A DNA stretch of 64,000 bases from Candidatus Sumerlaeia bacterium. GTDB lineage: Bacteria > Sumerlaeota > Sumerlaeia > SLMS01 > JANRJK01. Numbering within the stretch: position 1 is the first letter of the stretch; each line of letters starts with the position of its first letter. The stretch spans positions 1 to 64,000 of the forward strand of contig JANRJK010000053.1 of the NCBI GenBank assembly GCA_033764015.1. The letters are read 5' to 3'. Below, piece after piece: positions 8,799-17,694 of this stretch. The position numbers and the translations under genes were made by a program. The notes under the pieces were generated by a model, which saw nothing but the letters and a program-made list of their open reading frames with translations, did not search any database and was not told where the DNA came from.

Positions 8799-10976
8799 AT
8801 GATTAGCAAACCAAACGGCAACGAAACGAACGGCATCAGTAAGATCGGCTCAAGTAGCCGGTCACCGAAAATCGGGATCGTCAAACCCGCGGTCCCTCCC
8901 GCCACCACGGCGCAGTCCACCTCGCAGGCCCAGCCCGCGAAGCCCGTCCACCAGCAGTCCAGCCCGCCGCTGCCCACCGGAGCGGCCCGGAAGAACGCGC
9001 CCACCTCGGCCCCTCTGAGCGAGGCCGCAAGGGTGCCCGTCAAGCCCGACACGCTCCCCCACCCCACGGCGTCGGCGTCGAAGCCGACGAGTCCGCTTCT
9101 GATGGCTCCCGCCATCCTCAGGCAGCGTGCGAACGGCCTTCAGCCCGCCACGCCGAACCCGAAGCTGGGCGGGAAGCCGTTCGTCCCGCAGCCCGCCGGG
9201 AAGCCGCTCGTGCCCAAGCCCGGCACTAAGCCGTACGCGCCTCCGCCGAAGCCCGCCACGTCCCACGCCAACCCGAAAGGCACGCCCCCCAGTGTGGAAG
9301 GCCGTGGGCCGGGCCGCCCCGTCGCCTCCGCAGGTTCCACTTCCTCCACCACGGCGGTAGGGGGAGTCGGTGGGGTTTCGCACGGTGCCGCTTCCGCGCT
9401 CCCGCAGCCGCTCGCGAAATTCGCGAACGAGGCGGGCTGTTGGATGGGGGACCGTGACCGGACCTTCCACGCCGACTTCCTTGCGTCGCCGGCCACGATG
9501 GACGCTTTCGACCGGGCCCTCGTGGCCGCCAACGATCCCCCCGTTTTCTTCCAGCGGGACGGGGTCGTCGTGAAGATCGTCGTCCGAAAGGACGGCACCC
9601 CGATGATATCGAATGTCACCGACGACCAACTCTGGGGCGCCGCCCAGCGCGCAACCCGGTGGGTCAAAGGGGGTGAGGCGAACTTCCACGAGGTCGTTCC
9701 TCCCCGCCAGATTGGGGCTCTGTACCGGGTCTTCCCCAAGAAGACCCTGCCGACCATCACCGGACTCGCGACGGCGCCATTCATCCGCCGCGACGGCACC
9801 GCCGTTACGGCGCCGGGCTACGACCCTGTGACAGGAATCTTCCTGCACGTCCCGCCCGGCGAAATCTTCCACGCCGTGCCGGAAACGCCGACGGAAGAGG
9901 ATGTCGCCTACGCCGTCCAACTCCTCGACAACGCCCTCGCCGACTTTGAGTTCCTCGAAGAGGCGGATCGCACCAATGCCCTCGCAATGCTGCTTAGCCC
10001 CTTCCTCCGCGAGGTGGTCGGGGAACCTGCCCCTGCGGGGCTCCTGGACAAAAATGCGAACGGGGTTGGCGCGTCGTTGTTCGCAGACACTGTCTCGGTG
10101 ACTCTGACGGGGCGGACCACGCTTCCGATCACGGGAATCCCGCGCGGCTACAAGGGCGAGCAACTTCTGATGAGTGCGTGCTCGAGCGGTGCGCAGATGC
10201 TGCTAGTCGACAATTGCACGTCGATCAACTCCGGCGCGCTGGCCGCCTTCTTGACGAGCGGCGGGATGGCCGGCAGGCAGACCGGGGGCCACGCCTGGGC
10301 GGACGACCCCGCGCCACCGATAACCCTGATCACCGGTGTCCGGGTCCGCACCAGTACCGAGATCGCACGGCGCCTCGTACTGATCCAGTTGAGTAGCGAG
10401 CACCCCTTCCCGTGCGACCGTGTCCCCGAGGGCGGGTGGCGCGTCCCGGATCTCCGCAAGCACGTCCGCGATCATCGCGGTTGGTATGTGTGGTCGGTCC
10501 TGACCATCATCCGCCACTGGTTCGCCAATGGCTGCCCGATGGGACGGGAGCGCCTCGGCTCCTTCGAGCGTTGGGCTTCGGTCATGGGCGGCATCCTCGG
10601 CCTGATCTGCAAGCAGGGGTTCCTCTCGAACACCGCACGTCTGCGGCGCTCTGTGGACGACGAGACGGGGCAGTGGACCGCGCTCGTCGAGAGCTGGTGG
10701 CTGACCCACCAGACGAGCGTGGTCGGCGCCGGCGACCTCGTGAAGATCATCGACCGGTTCGGCATCCAGATCCCCCTCGACGGCGATTCCGAGAGGAAGC
10801 GGAGCAGCAGCATGGGCTACCTGCTCCGCGACCGGGACGGTCGCCAGTACGGTTCGTACCGCATCGTGCAGGTGGGCGCCCGCACCGGCAACAGCAACGG
10901 CTACCGGCTGACCTTCGTCGGCCAGCTCCCCGCCGCCTCCGACGACACCCGCGAGGCCCTCTCCGAGGGGGCCTGA
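8799..10976 (+). CDS. Primase-associated P-loop NTPase/helicase-like replication protein with Pro/Lys-rich N-terminus and probable C-terminal winged helix
   Basis: GYDPVTGIF, ADRTNALAMLLSPFLR, P-loop-like DKNANGVGASL, Walker-B-like LLVDN, EIARR, GSFERW; GAGG RBS before ATG 8799 (ORF open from 8628). Confidence 0.7.
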   Translation: MISKPNGNETNGISKIGSSSRSPKIGIVKPAVPPATTAQSTSQAQPAKPVHQQSSPPLPTGAARKNAPTSAPLSEAARVPVKPDTLPHPTASASKPTSPLLMAPAILRQRANGLQPATPNPKLGGKPFVPQPAGKPLVPKPGTKPYAPPPKPATSHANPKGTPPSVEGRGPGRPVASAGSTSSTTAVGGVGGVSHGAASALPQPLAKFANEAGCWMGDRDRTFHADFLASPATMDAFDRALVAANDPPVFFQRDGVVVKIVVRKDGTPMISNVTDDQLWGAAQRATRWVKGGEANFHEVVPPRQIGALYRVFPKKTLPTITGLATAPFIRRDGTAVTAPGYDPVTGIFLHVPPGEIFHAVPETPTEEDVAYAVQLLDNALADFEFLEEADRTNALAMLLSPFLREVVGEPAPAGLLDKNANGVGASLFADTVSVTLTGRTTLPITGIPRGYKGEQLLMSACSSGAQMLLVDNCTSINSGALAAFLTSGGMAGRQTGGHAWADDPAPPITLITGVRVRTSTEIARRLVLIQLSSEHPFPCDRVPEGGWRVPDLRKHVRDHRGWYVWSVLTIIRHWFANGCPMGRERLGSFERWASVMGGILGLICKQGFLSNTARLRRSVDDETGQWTALVESWWLTHQTSVVGAGDLVKIIDRFGIQIPLDGDSERKRSSSMGYLLRDRDGRQYGSYRIVQVGARTGNSNGYRLTFVGQLPAASDDTREALSEGA
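9335..9378. repeat. Island palindromic repeat, copy B (intragenic)
   Basis: TTCCACTTCCTCCACC-9nt-GGGGGAGTCGGTGGGGTTT. Confidence 0.75.
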
Positions 10977-11062
10977 TTCCGCCAACTCGCCGTTCCCACG
11001 GCGCAACGCCCCGGGGGCCGTCCAACCGACGGCTCCCGAGGTCTTCCATTCCGACGCGACCG

Positions 11063-11118
11063 AACCTCCATCCCCTCCACTTCCTTGCCCCGCTGGTCCG
11101 GGGGAGTAGGTGGGGTTT
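11063..11118. repeat. Island palindromic repeat, copy C
   Basis: AACCTCCATCCCCTCCAC-19nt-GGGGGAGTAGGTGGGGTTT. Confidence 0.75.
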
Positions 11119-11278
11119 GCCTCGTGTGCGGGCACACCGCTTGCCGACGGTTTCGCCCTTGGGGACTCCGGAGAATGCAGTTGGGGAGTCCTGACCCACC
11201 ACGGGCAGCGGGAGCGTTTCGCTTTCGCCGGGTTCCGGGAGGTCCAATTGCCACCTTCCGACTCGGGGGAATCGAAGC

Positions 11279-12802
11279 ATGTCCGAACTGCCGAACCCAG
11301 ATGCGCCCGCGGAGACCGCGCCGACGAATGGCGCGAGCCACCAGCCCGCACAAACCGATGCGGCGCTCGCCCGCATCGATGCCATCGCTGGAGACTGGGA
11401 AACCAAGAAGGCCACACTCGAAGCCGTCCTCGCCGACGCGGCGCGAGCCAAGGAGGCGCTGGCCGAGGCACTCCAGCAAGCGCTGGAAGCCAAGGACACT
11501 GCGACCACAAACGCGCAAGCAGCGGCGGCGCTCGTCGCCGAAGTGGAGGAGAGGAAACGCGCATTCGAGGGAGCCGAAGAGGCCGCCGAGACCTCCATCG
11601 AAGCAACGCGCGCAGAAACCGAGTCCCTGAAGGCGGAGATTCTCGCCCAGCGCGACATCATCAAGGAAGTCGTGAACCGGGGGAACCAACACCTCGCGGC
11701 GCTGGAGACCGATTCCACCAAGCACCGGGAAGCCGCAGGCGATGCGGAGTCAAACGCGGCAAAGGCTGCGGAGGCGAAAGCGGCGATCCTCGCCACCCAG
11801 GAAAGCCTTCGCGGGCTGGAGGGGAGGGCGAATGCGGCGGTGACGTCCATCGAGGCGGTGAAGGTGGACGTGCTCCAGAAGCAGGAAGTGGTCGCGACAA
11901 AGAGTGCCCACGTAGAGGATGGAAGGAAGTACATCGACAATGCCCGAGGCGAACTGGACAAGGCCGTCACCGCCGCCAACCATTCGACAGCCCTCGTCGA
12001 ATCAATCCACCAGATAGCGCGCGCCGTGGCGACGAATCTCGACCAGCTTGCCGCGACCTCGCAGGTGACGAAGGCCACCATTGACGCCAATGCGGAAGCG
12101 GTCGCCTCGGCCATGGAGGTCGTTGACGAACACGCCAAGCGGGTCGCCGACCTCTCCAAGAAGGCTGACGAAGTCGAGAAGCGCATCGCCGCGTCGGAAG
12201 CACATCTCGAAGAGTTGGAGGCGCAGGCGGCTGAACGCCTCAGGACGATCGACGAGCTGCTCCCGGGCGCGACCAGCGCGGGACTCGCGTCGGCATTCCA
12301 CAAGCGGAGCCAGCAGTTCAAGGGCCCCGAGCAGGCTTGGCAGGGAATTTTCCTCGTCTCGCTCTTGGTGTTCCTGGGACTGGCGATCTTCGAAACCACG
12401 CGCGTCAGCGTCGATCCCACGACGCCCGCGTGGGACGCGCTGCTTCGGATGTTCCTCCACCGCCTCCCCTTCATCGTTCCGCTCGTGTGGCTCGCCGTGC
12501 ACGCCTCGCGGCAGGCGTCCATCGCGAAGCGCATGGAAGAGGAGTACGCATTCAAGGCGACCACCTCCACGTCGTTCGAGGGATACCGGCGGCAGATGGC
12601 GGAGGTTGGGAAGGACCTCACTCCCGGCTCCCCCCTCGCGCAACTCTGCGGCGACACACTTCGGATCATCGCGGCGCCACCAGCCCACGTTTACGAGGGC
12701 ACGCGAATGGACCCCACTCCCGCCACAATGGCGGCGGAGACGATCCCGCCCGTCGCCGACGGGGTCGCGAGGGTGGCGGAGGCCGCCAAGCCCGGCGTGT
12801 GA
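11279..12802 (+). CDS. Long coiled-coil protein with two C-terminal transmembrane segments
   Basis: About 320 aa Ala/Glu heptad-rich region, then LPGATSAGLASAF, TM WQGIFLVSLLVFLGLAIF, TM LPFIVPLVWLAV, EEEYAFK..SFEGY. Confidence 0.85.
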   Translation: MSELPNPDAPAETAPTNGASHQPAQTDAALARIDAIAGDWETKKATLEAVLADAARAKEALAEALQQALEAKDTATTNAQAAAALVAEVEERKRAFEGAEEAAETSIEATRAETESLKAEILAQRDIIKEVVNRGNQHLAALETDSTKHREAAGDAESNAAKAAEAKAAILATQESLRGLEGRANAAVTSIEAVKVDVLQKQEVVATKSAHVEDGRKYIDNARGELDKAVTAANHSTALVESIHQIARAVATNLDQLAATSQVTKATIDANAEAVASAMEVVDEHAKRVADLSKKADEVEKRIAASEAHLEELEAQAAERLRTIDELLPGATSAGLASAFHKRSQQFKGPEQAWQGIFLVSLLVFLGLAIFETTRVSVDPTTPAWDALLRMFLHRLPFIVPLVWLAVHASRQASIAKRMEEEYAFKATTSTSFEGYRRQMAEVGKDLTPGSPLAQLCGDTLRIIAAPPAHVYEGTRMDPTPATMAAETIPPVADGVARVAEAAKPGV

Positions 12803-12821
12803 CGTGTACGCTACCGGCGTG

Positions 12822-12877
12822 GACTTCCACTACCTCCACCGCGCGGTGGCCGGTGGGGTTGGGGGAGTTTGGTGGCG
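12822..12877. repeat. 56-bp direct repeat (copy D), identical to 14426-14481
   Basis: GACTTCCACTACCTCCACCGCGCGGTGGCCGGTGGGGTTGGGGGAGTTTGGTGGCG. Confidence 0.95.
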
Positions 12878-12880
12878 ACC

Positions 12881-13642
12881 CTACCTAGTGCTCCTCGCGA
12901 GGAGCTTCTCCTCGACGAGGCGGATGCCCGGCGGGAGAAGATGGACAAGGCGGGTTCTCTCGTCGTAGTGGACAAGGGCGTCCGCGTTCGCCTTTCGGAT
13001 GACGTCCCGCCGGAAGACAGAGGCATTGGAGTACTGGACGCTCTCGACGACCTTGGCCTCATGCATAGGGCCGGGCGACGCGTACAGGACCGCGAGCATC
13101 CGGTCACGCATCGACAAGCTCGGTTCGAGAACGCGGTAGACACCCGCGACTTCGCAGACAAGCGGCACCTCCCGCTCGATGATGGATTCCACGACCGCCG
13201 TCGCAGTCGCGAGGTCGGTGTTGTGGAAGATGCGAACCAACTCCGCCAGCACCCACTTGAGGGAGTAGAGAACGAAGGTGGCGTCCATTTCGTTAGCGTC
13301 CACGTCGCCGCCCGCGTGGCCGACGTTCCGATTGTTCCGAAACTCGTAGAGCGACACCAGAACGCGGGGGACGGTGATCCGAACAGAGCGGGGGAAGGTG
13401 CTCGCAGCCGCTTCCAAGTCCTTGCACGCTTTCAAGAAGTTCTGGGGCTTTGGGGGAAGGCTGGAGGGCCACGTCCCGGCGACATGGCTCGCCAGAATCG
13501 CGTAGGCGATTTCCGTGAAGTGGCCTGCGTCGAGTTCCGACGCGCGCCACTTCCCTTCGCGAAATGCCCGAACCGCGCCCTCGAACTCAGCAAGGAGCGG
13601 AACGCGAAGACAGGCCGGGATCGCGCAGAGGACGCCCGCCAC
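12881..13642 (-). CDS. Putative HEPN-domain RNase with C-terminal wHTH-like region
   Basis: Helical domain with RNNRNVGH (Rx6H) followed by GGDVDANEMDA; GTG start with GAGGA RBS within the end of the upstream gene. Confidence 0.7.
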   Translation of the reverse strand: MAGVLCAIPACLRVPLLAEFEGAVRAFREGKWRASELDAGHFTEIAYAILASHVAGTWPSSLPPKPQNFLKACKDLEAAASTFPRSVRITVPRVLVSLYEFRNNRNVGHAGGDVDANEMDATFVLYSLKWVLAELVRIFHNTDLATATAVVESIIEREVPLVCEVAGVYRVLEPSLSMRDRMLAVLYASPGPMHEAKVVESVQYSNASVFRRDVIRKANADALVHYDERTRLVHLLPPGIRLVEEKLLARSTR

Positions 13643-13646
13643 AGCG

Positions 13647-14195
13647 CTAGTCCTCTGCCACTTGGTTGGGGCCGACAGAGTAGAGCCAGTTCGACTTGTC
13701 GTCCCTCTGGCGCGAGAGGAACTGCTGCTGCGTGAGGCGGATCAGGGGAGCACTAAGGTCGCTGCTCTTGATCGAACTGTAGCCGAGTGTGTGAAGCTGA
13801 TCAACGATCGCGGTTGCGCTCCGTGCTTCGCGAAAGAACCCACTCCGTCGAAGTTCGCGGAGTAGTGCCGTTGGCGACGTACCGGTATTGCGTCGCGCCG
13901 CGCCTTCTTCGCTGCCTGCTTCATGGCTGGTGGTGGCGCCGTTCGAGGCGGTCGCACTGGACGACCTCCGCCGCCTGCGCGACCTTGCAGGTGGCGGCGG
14001 CGCCACAGGAGCAGCTTGCGCGGGCTCCACGTCGATCACGTTGGAATCGGTGAGGGCTTGGCGCTGGAGGCCATTTAGCGACTCCAGGGTTCGCTGGAGT
14101 CCCTGTCCTAGTGCCTCGCCCTTTTCGCGAGCGCCCTTGAAGGTGAAACGGAACTTCTCGATTTCGAGACTAAATTCAACGACGTCTTTGGCCAT
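13647..14195 (-). CDS. Hypothetical protein with disordered linker and C-terminal winged-helix-like domain; partner of the HEPN gene
   Basis: MAKDVVEFSLEIEKFRFTFKG..; C-terminal LLRELRRSGFFREARS..IVDQL..GY..LS.PLIRL....LSR....WLY pattern. Confidence 0.7.
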   Translation of the reverse strand: MAKDVVEFSLEIEKFRFTFKGAREKGEALGQGLQRTLESLNGLQRQALTDSNVIDVEPAQAAPVAPPPPARSRRRRRSSSATASNGATTSHEAGSEEGAARRNTGTSPTALLRELRRSGFFREARSATAIVDQLHTLGYSSIKSSDLSAPLIRLTQQQFLSRQRDDKSNWLYSVGPNQVAED

Positions 14196-14425
14196 TGTAT
14201 GGCACCCCCCGTGTGGGAAGAATGTCCTCGGAAACACTCCCGAGCAGCGGCTGTGTCGCAGAGACACAAGAGGCGGCCCTACCCATGGGTTTCGCCCCCT
14301 TGCGGAAACCGCTTGCCCCGGCGCTGGCAGCATCCATGCCAGTTTGCGCCTTCCCTTCGCTTGTCGAGCCTGGCTGCAGACCGCGAGGCGCTCGCCGCAC
14401 CTTGGTTGGTTTCGCGACCCACCGA

Positions 14426-14481
14426 GACTTCCACTACCTCCACCGCGCGGTGGCCGGTGGGGTTGGGGGAGTTTGGTGGCG
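14426..14481. repeat. 56-bp direct repeat (copy E), identical to 12822-12877
   Basis: Exact match read base by base. Confidence 0.95.
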
Positions 14482-14595
14482 CGGCGGGTTCGGGGTGCGG
14501 GATTCCTTGTGGGTCGAAAGCGTTTTTGCTTCCGCCGCTGGCGCGACCCGGGTGAACTTTTGCAGTACTGATCGCGCCGCAGGAGGCCGCCCACC

Positions 14596-17500
14596 TTGGC
14601 AAAGAAGTCTCCCAAAACCCCCATCACAGGCGACGGCGGCGCCGTTCGCGAGTACCGCCACGGTGCGAAGCGGAAGAACAACCCGCCCGCCGGGCTGGCG
14701 GCGCAGGGCAAGGTCGCCGAAGCGCCGCGAATCCGCTACGAGTACAACCCGCACCTGCCGCCGGTGCTGCGGTTCGACGACACGGGGAAGGCGGACGGCC
14801 TTCCGGAACTGCTCGCGACCGCGCGGCAGCGCGCGCTGACACCGGAGGAAGCGGCGACGCTCGCCGAGGCGCTCCGCCGCCACGAACCGTGGCTCGAGTG
14901 GTCCGGCAAGCGCGAGAAGAAGGGCTTCGAGTTGGAGCCCGTCGCGCTCCACATCCACGAACGCGTCGCGGCGCAGGCGATCCTGAAGGTTGCCACCCGC
15001 GAGGACGTGGCCCGCGACCTGTTCGCCGATCCGCAGCTCGACTACGCCAAGGCCGTCCAGTTCTACCGGCACGACGTGGACTGGTCCAACCGCCTGATCC
15101 TCGGCGACAGCCTGCAAGTGATGGCGAGCCTCGCCCGCCGCGAAGACCTCGCGGGCAAGGTCCAGATGATCTACATGGACCCGCCCTACGGGATCAAATT
15201 CGCGAGCAACTTCCAGCCCGAGGTCGGCAGGCGCGACGTGAAGGACAAGGAGGCGGACCTCACGCGCGAGCCGGAAATGGTACGGGCATACCGGGACACC
15301 TGGCACCTCGGCATTCACTCCTACATGTCGTACCTGCGGGACCGGTTACGCCTCTCCCGCGAGTTGCTCGCCGAAACCGGCAGCCTCTTCGTCCAGATCG
15401 GCGATCAGAACGAACACTTGCTTCGTGCCTTGCTCGATGAGGTCTTCGGCGCGGAAAACCACGTTGCCACCGTGACATTCAAGACTTCAGTGGGTTTGGG
15501 GGCCGAGCACCTCGACCGGGTTTGCGACCACATCGTGTGGTATGGACGCGAGAAGGGAAGAATGAAGTACAACCCGCTCTTCAAGGTTCTCGCCAGAGGT
15601 GAGAAGGGCGCGACACGTTACAACTATGCCCTCTTCCCAGATGGCGGGACGCGCCTTTTGGAGCCCGAAGAACGCGAATCCGAAACCTCGTTGCCCGAAG
15701 GCTTACGGTGCTTCACGGACCAGGGTCTCACCTCGCGCCGTACAGGAACAGACGCGGAGCGATACCCGATTCAATTCCAAGGCAGATTGTTTCCTCCGGC
15801 GGTTGGCACTTGGAGGACAAACCGCGAGGGTATGGCTCGCGTCCTTGGTGCGGATCGAGTCATCCATACTGGCTCGCAGGCGCGCTTCCGCAAGTTCTTC
15901 GACGACTTCGGAGCTGTTGCATTGAACAACTTTTGGGAAGATGTTGGAGGGGGGATTCAGAGCAGAGCAGATCCCAAGGTGTACGTCGTGCAGACCAACA
16001 CTGCGATCGTCGAACGCTGCCTTCTGATGACCACGGATCCCGGCGACCTCGTGCTGGACCCGACGTGCGGAAGCGGCACGACCGCCTTCGTCGCCGAGCA
16101 GTGGGGGCGGCGCTGGATCACGGTGGACACGAGCCGCGTCGCCATCGCCATCGCGCGCCAGCGTCTCCTGTGCGCGACGTTTCCCTACTACAAGCTCCGC
16201 GACGTGCCGGACGACGAGGCGGATACCAATCCTGCGCACAACTTCCGCTACAAGACTGTCCCGCACGTCACCCTGAAGAGCATCGCACAGAACACGGCGC
16301 TCGACCCGATCTTCGCGAGGCACCAGCCGGTTCTCGACGCCCGCCTGGCGGAGTTGAACGCCGCGCTGGCGGCGGTTCCGGCGGACCTTCGCGCGCGCCT
16401 CGCGCGCAAACTCGCCGAGAAGGAACGCGCCGAGGGGAAGCGCGCCGTGACGGACGCCGACCGGCGCCGGTGGCTCCTCCCGCCGGACAACCGCAAGGGC
16501 CAGCGCCCCTACGACACGGTGCCGAACGACGCGAAGTCGTGGTACGCGTGGGAGGTGCCCTTCGACACGGACGCCGATTGGCCCGCCGCCCTCCAAACCG
16601 CGCTCCGCGCCTACCGCGCGGCGTGGCGGGCCAAGATGGACGAGGTGAACGCCTGCATCACGGCGAGCGCCGAACAGGAGGAACTGGTGGACCAGCCGGA
16701 GATCGACAAGAAGGTCGTCCGTGTCTCCGGGCCGTTCACCGTCGAGGGTGTGATGCCGGTCGAGGAGGCGCTCGACGACGAGGATGCGTCGCCGATTGGT
16801 GGGGCGCCCGAGTCGCTCGAGATGTTCGAGGCCGCGCCCGCGGCACCCGAGCGGGAACCGCAGAACGCGGAAGCATACGTGGACAAGATGCTGCGGCTCC
16901 TGCGCGCGGACGGCGTCGGTTTTCCGAACAACAAGCGCGTCGCGTTCGAGCGGCTCGAGGCCCTCTCTTCGGGGGAGTTCCTCCACGGCGAGGGGGACTG
17001 GCAGACGAACGGGGTCGGCCCGCGCCGCGTTGCGGTGAGCCTCGGCCCGCAATACGGCCCCGTCACAGCCTACCAAGTGGAGAACGCGATCCGCCTCGCC
17101 GCGCGGCGCGGGTGCGACGACCTCGTTTTCGCAGGCTTCTCCTTCGACGGTGCCGCGCAGGCGATCATCCAGGACGACCCGAACCCGAACGTCCGCATCC
17201 ACCTCGCCCACATCCGCCCGGACATCGCGCCGGGCATGGACGGCCTGCTGAAGGACACGCCGAACAGCCAGCTCTTCACGGTCTTCGGCGCGCCGCGCAC
17301 GACGCTTCGCGGGCCGGACCCGGAAGGGCTGTACACGCTCCGCATGGAGGGCGTGGACATCTACAACCCGGTCGAGAACACGATCCTCCCGACCAGCGCC
17401 GACAAGGTGGCCGCATGGTTCCTCGACAGCGACTACGATGGGCAGACGTTCTGCATCACACAGGCGTTCTTCCCGGACAAGAAGGCGTGGGAGAAGCTCG

Positions 17501-17691
17501 CCCGCGCGCTGAAGACAGCGGGGGTGATGGACGAGGACCGCTTCGAGGCGTTGTCCGGCACGGTGTCGCTCCCCTTCCCCGCCGGGAAGTACAAGCGCAT
17601 CGCCGTGAAGGTGATCGACCCGCGCGGGAACGAGGTGATGCGCGTGCATCGGCTGGGGAAGCAGGGCTACGACGTGGAAGGGGAGGAGTGA
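14596..17691 (+). CDS. mod: Type III restriction-modification methyltransferase (Mod subunit)
   Basis: NRLILGDSLQVM, KVQMIYMDPPYG (motif IV) before VLDPTCGSGTT (motif I), i.e. beta-class order; C-terminal IAVKVIDPRGNE; AGGAGG RBS, TTG start. Confidence 0.93.
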   Translation: MAKKSPKTPITGDGGAVREYRHGAKRKNNPPAGLAAQGKVAEAPRIRYEYNPHLPPVLRFDDTGKADGLPELLATARQRALTPEEAATLAEALRRHEPWLEWSGKREKKGFELEPVALHIHERVAAQAILKVATREDVARDLFADPQLDYAKAVQFYRHDVDWSNRLILGDSLQVMASLARREDLAGKVQMIYMDPPYGIKFASNFQPEVGRRDVKDKEADLTREPEMVRAYRDTWHLGIHSYMSYLRDRLRLSRELLAETGSLFVQIGDQNEHLLRALLDEVFGAENHVATVTFKTSVGLGAEHLDRVCDHIVWYGREKGRMKYNPLFKVLARGEKGATRYNYALFPDGGTRLLEPEERESETSLPEGLRCFTDQGLTSRRTGTDAERYPIQFQGRLFPPAVGTWRTNREGMARVLGADRVIHTGSQARFRKFFDDFGAVALNNFWEDVGGGIQSRADPKVYVVQTNTAIVERCLLMTTDPGDLVLDPTCGSGTTAFVAEQWGRRWITVDTSRVAIAIARQRLLCATFPYYKLRDVPDDEADTNPAHNFRYKTVPHVTLKSIAQNTALDPIFARHQPVLDARLAELNAALAAVPADLRARLARKLAEKERAEGKRAVTDADRRRWLLPPDNRKGQRPYDTVPNDAKSWYAWEVPFDTDADWPAALQTALRAYRAAWRAKMDEVNACITASAEQEELVDQPEIDKKVVRVSGPFTVEGVMPVEEALDDEDASPIGGAPESLEMFEAAPAAPEREPQNAEAYVDKMLRLLRADGVGFPNNKRVAFERLEALSSGEFLHGEGDWQTNGVGPRRVAVSLGPQYGPVTAYQVENAIRLAARRGCDDLVFAGFSFDGAAQAIIQDDPNPNVRIHLAHIRPDIAPGMDGLLKDTPNSQLFTVFGAPRTTLRGPDPEGLYTLRMEGVDIYNPVENTILPTSADKVAAWFLDSDYDGQTFCITQAFFPDKKAWEKLARALKTAGVMDEDRFEALSGTVSLPFPAGKYKRIAVKVIDPRGNEVMRVHRLGKQGYDVEGEE

Positions 17692-17694
17692 GGG

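Noticed and set aside
13647..14711. 354-aa version of the wHTH ORF
   Set aside because: The extension crosses repeat E and the mod start; ATG 14195 gives a more plausible gene.
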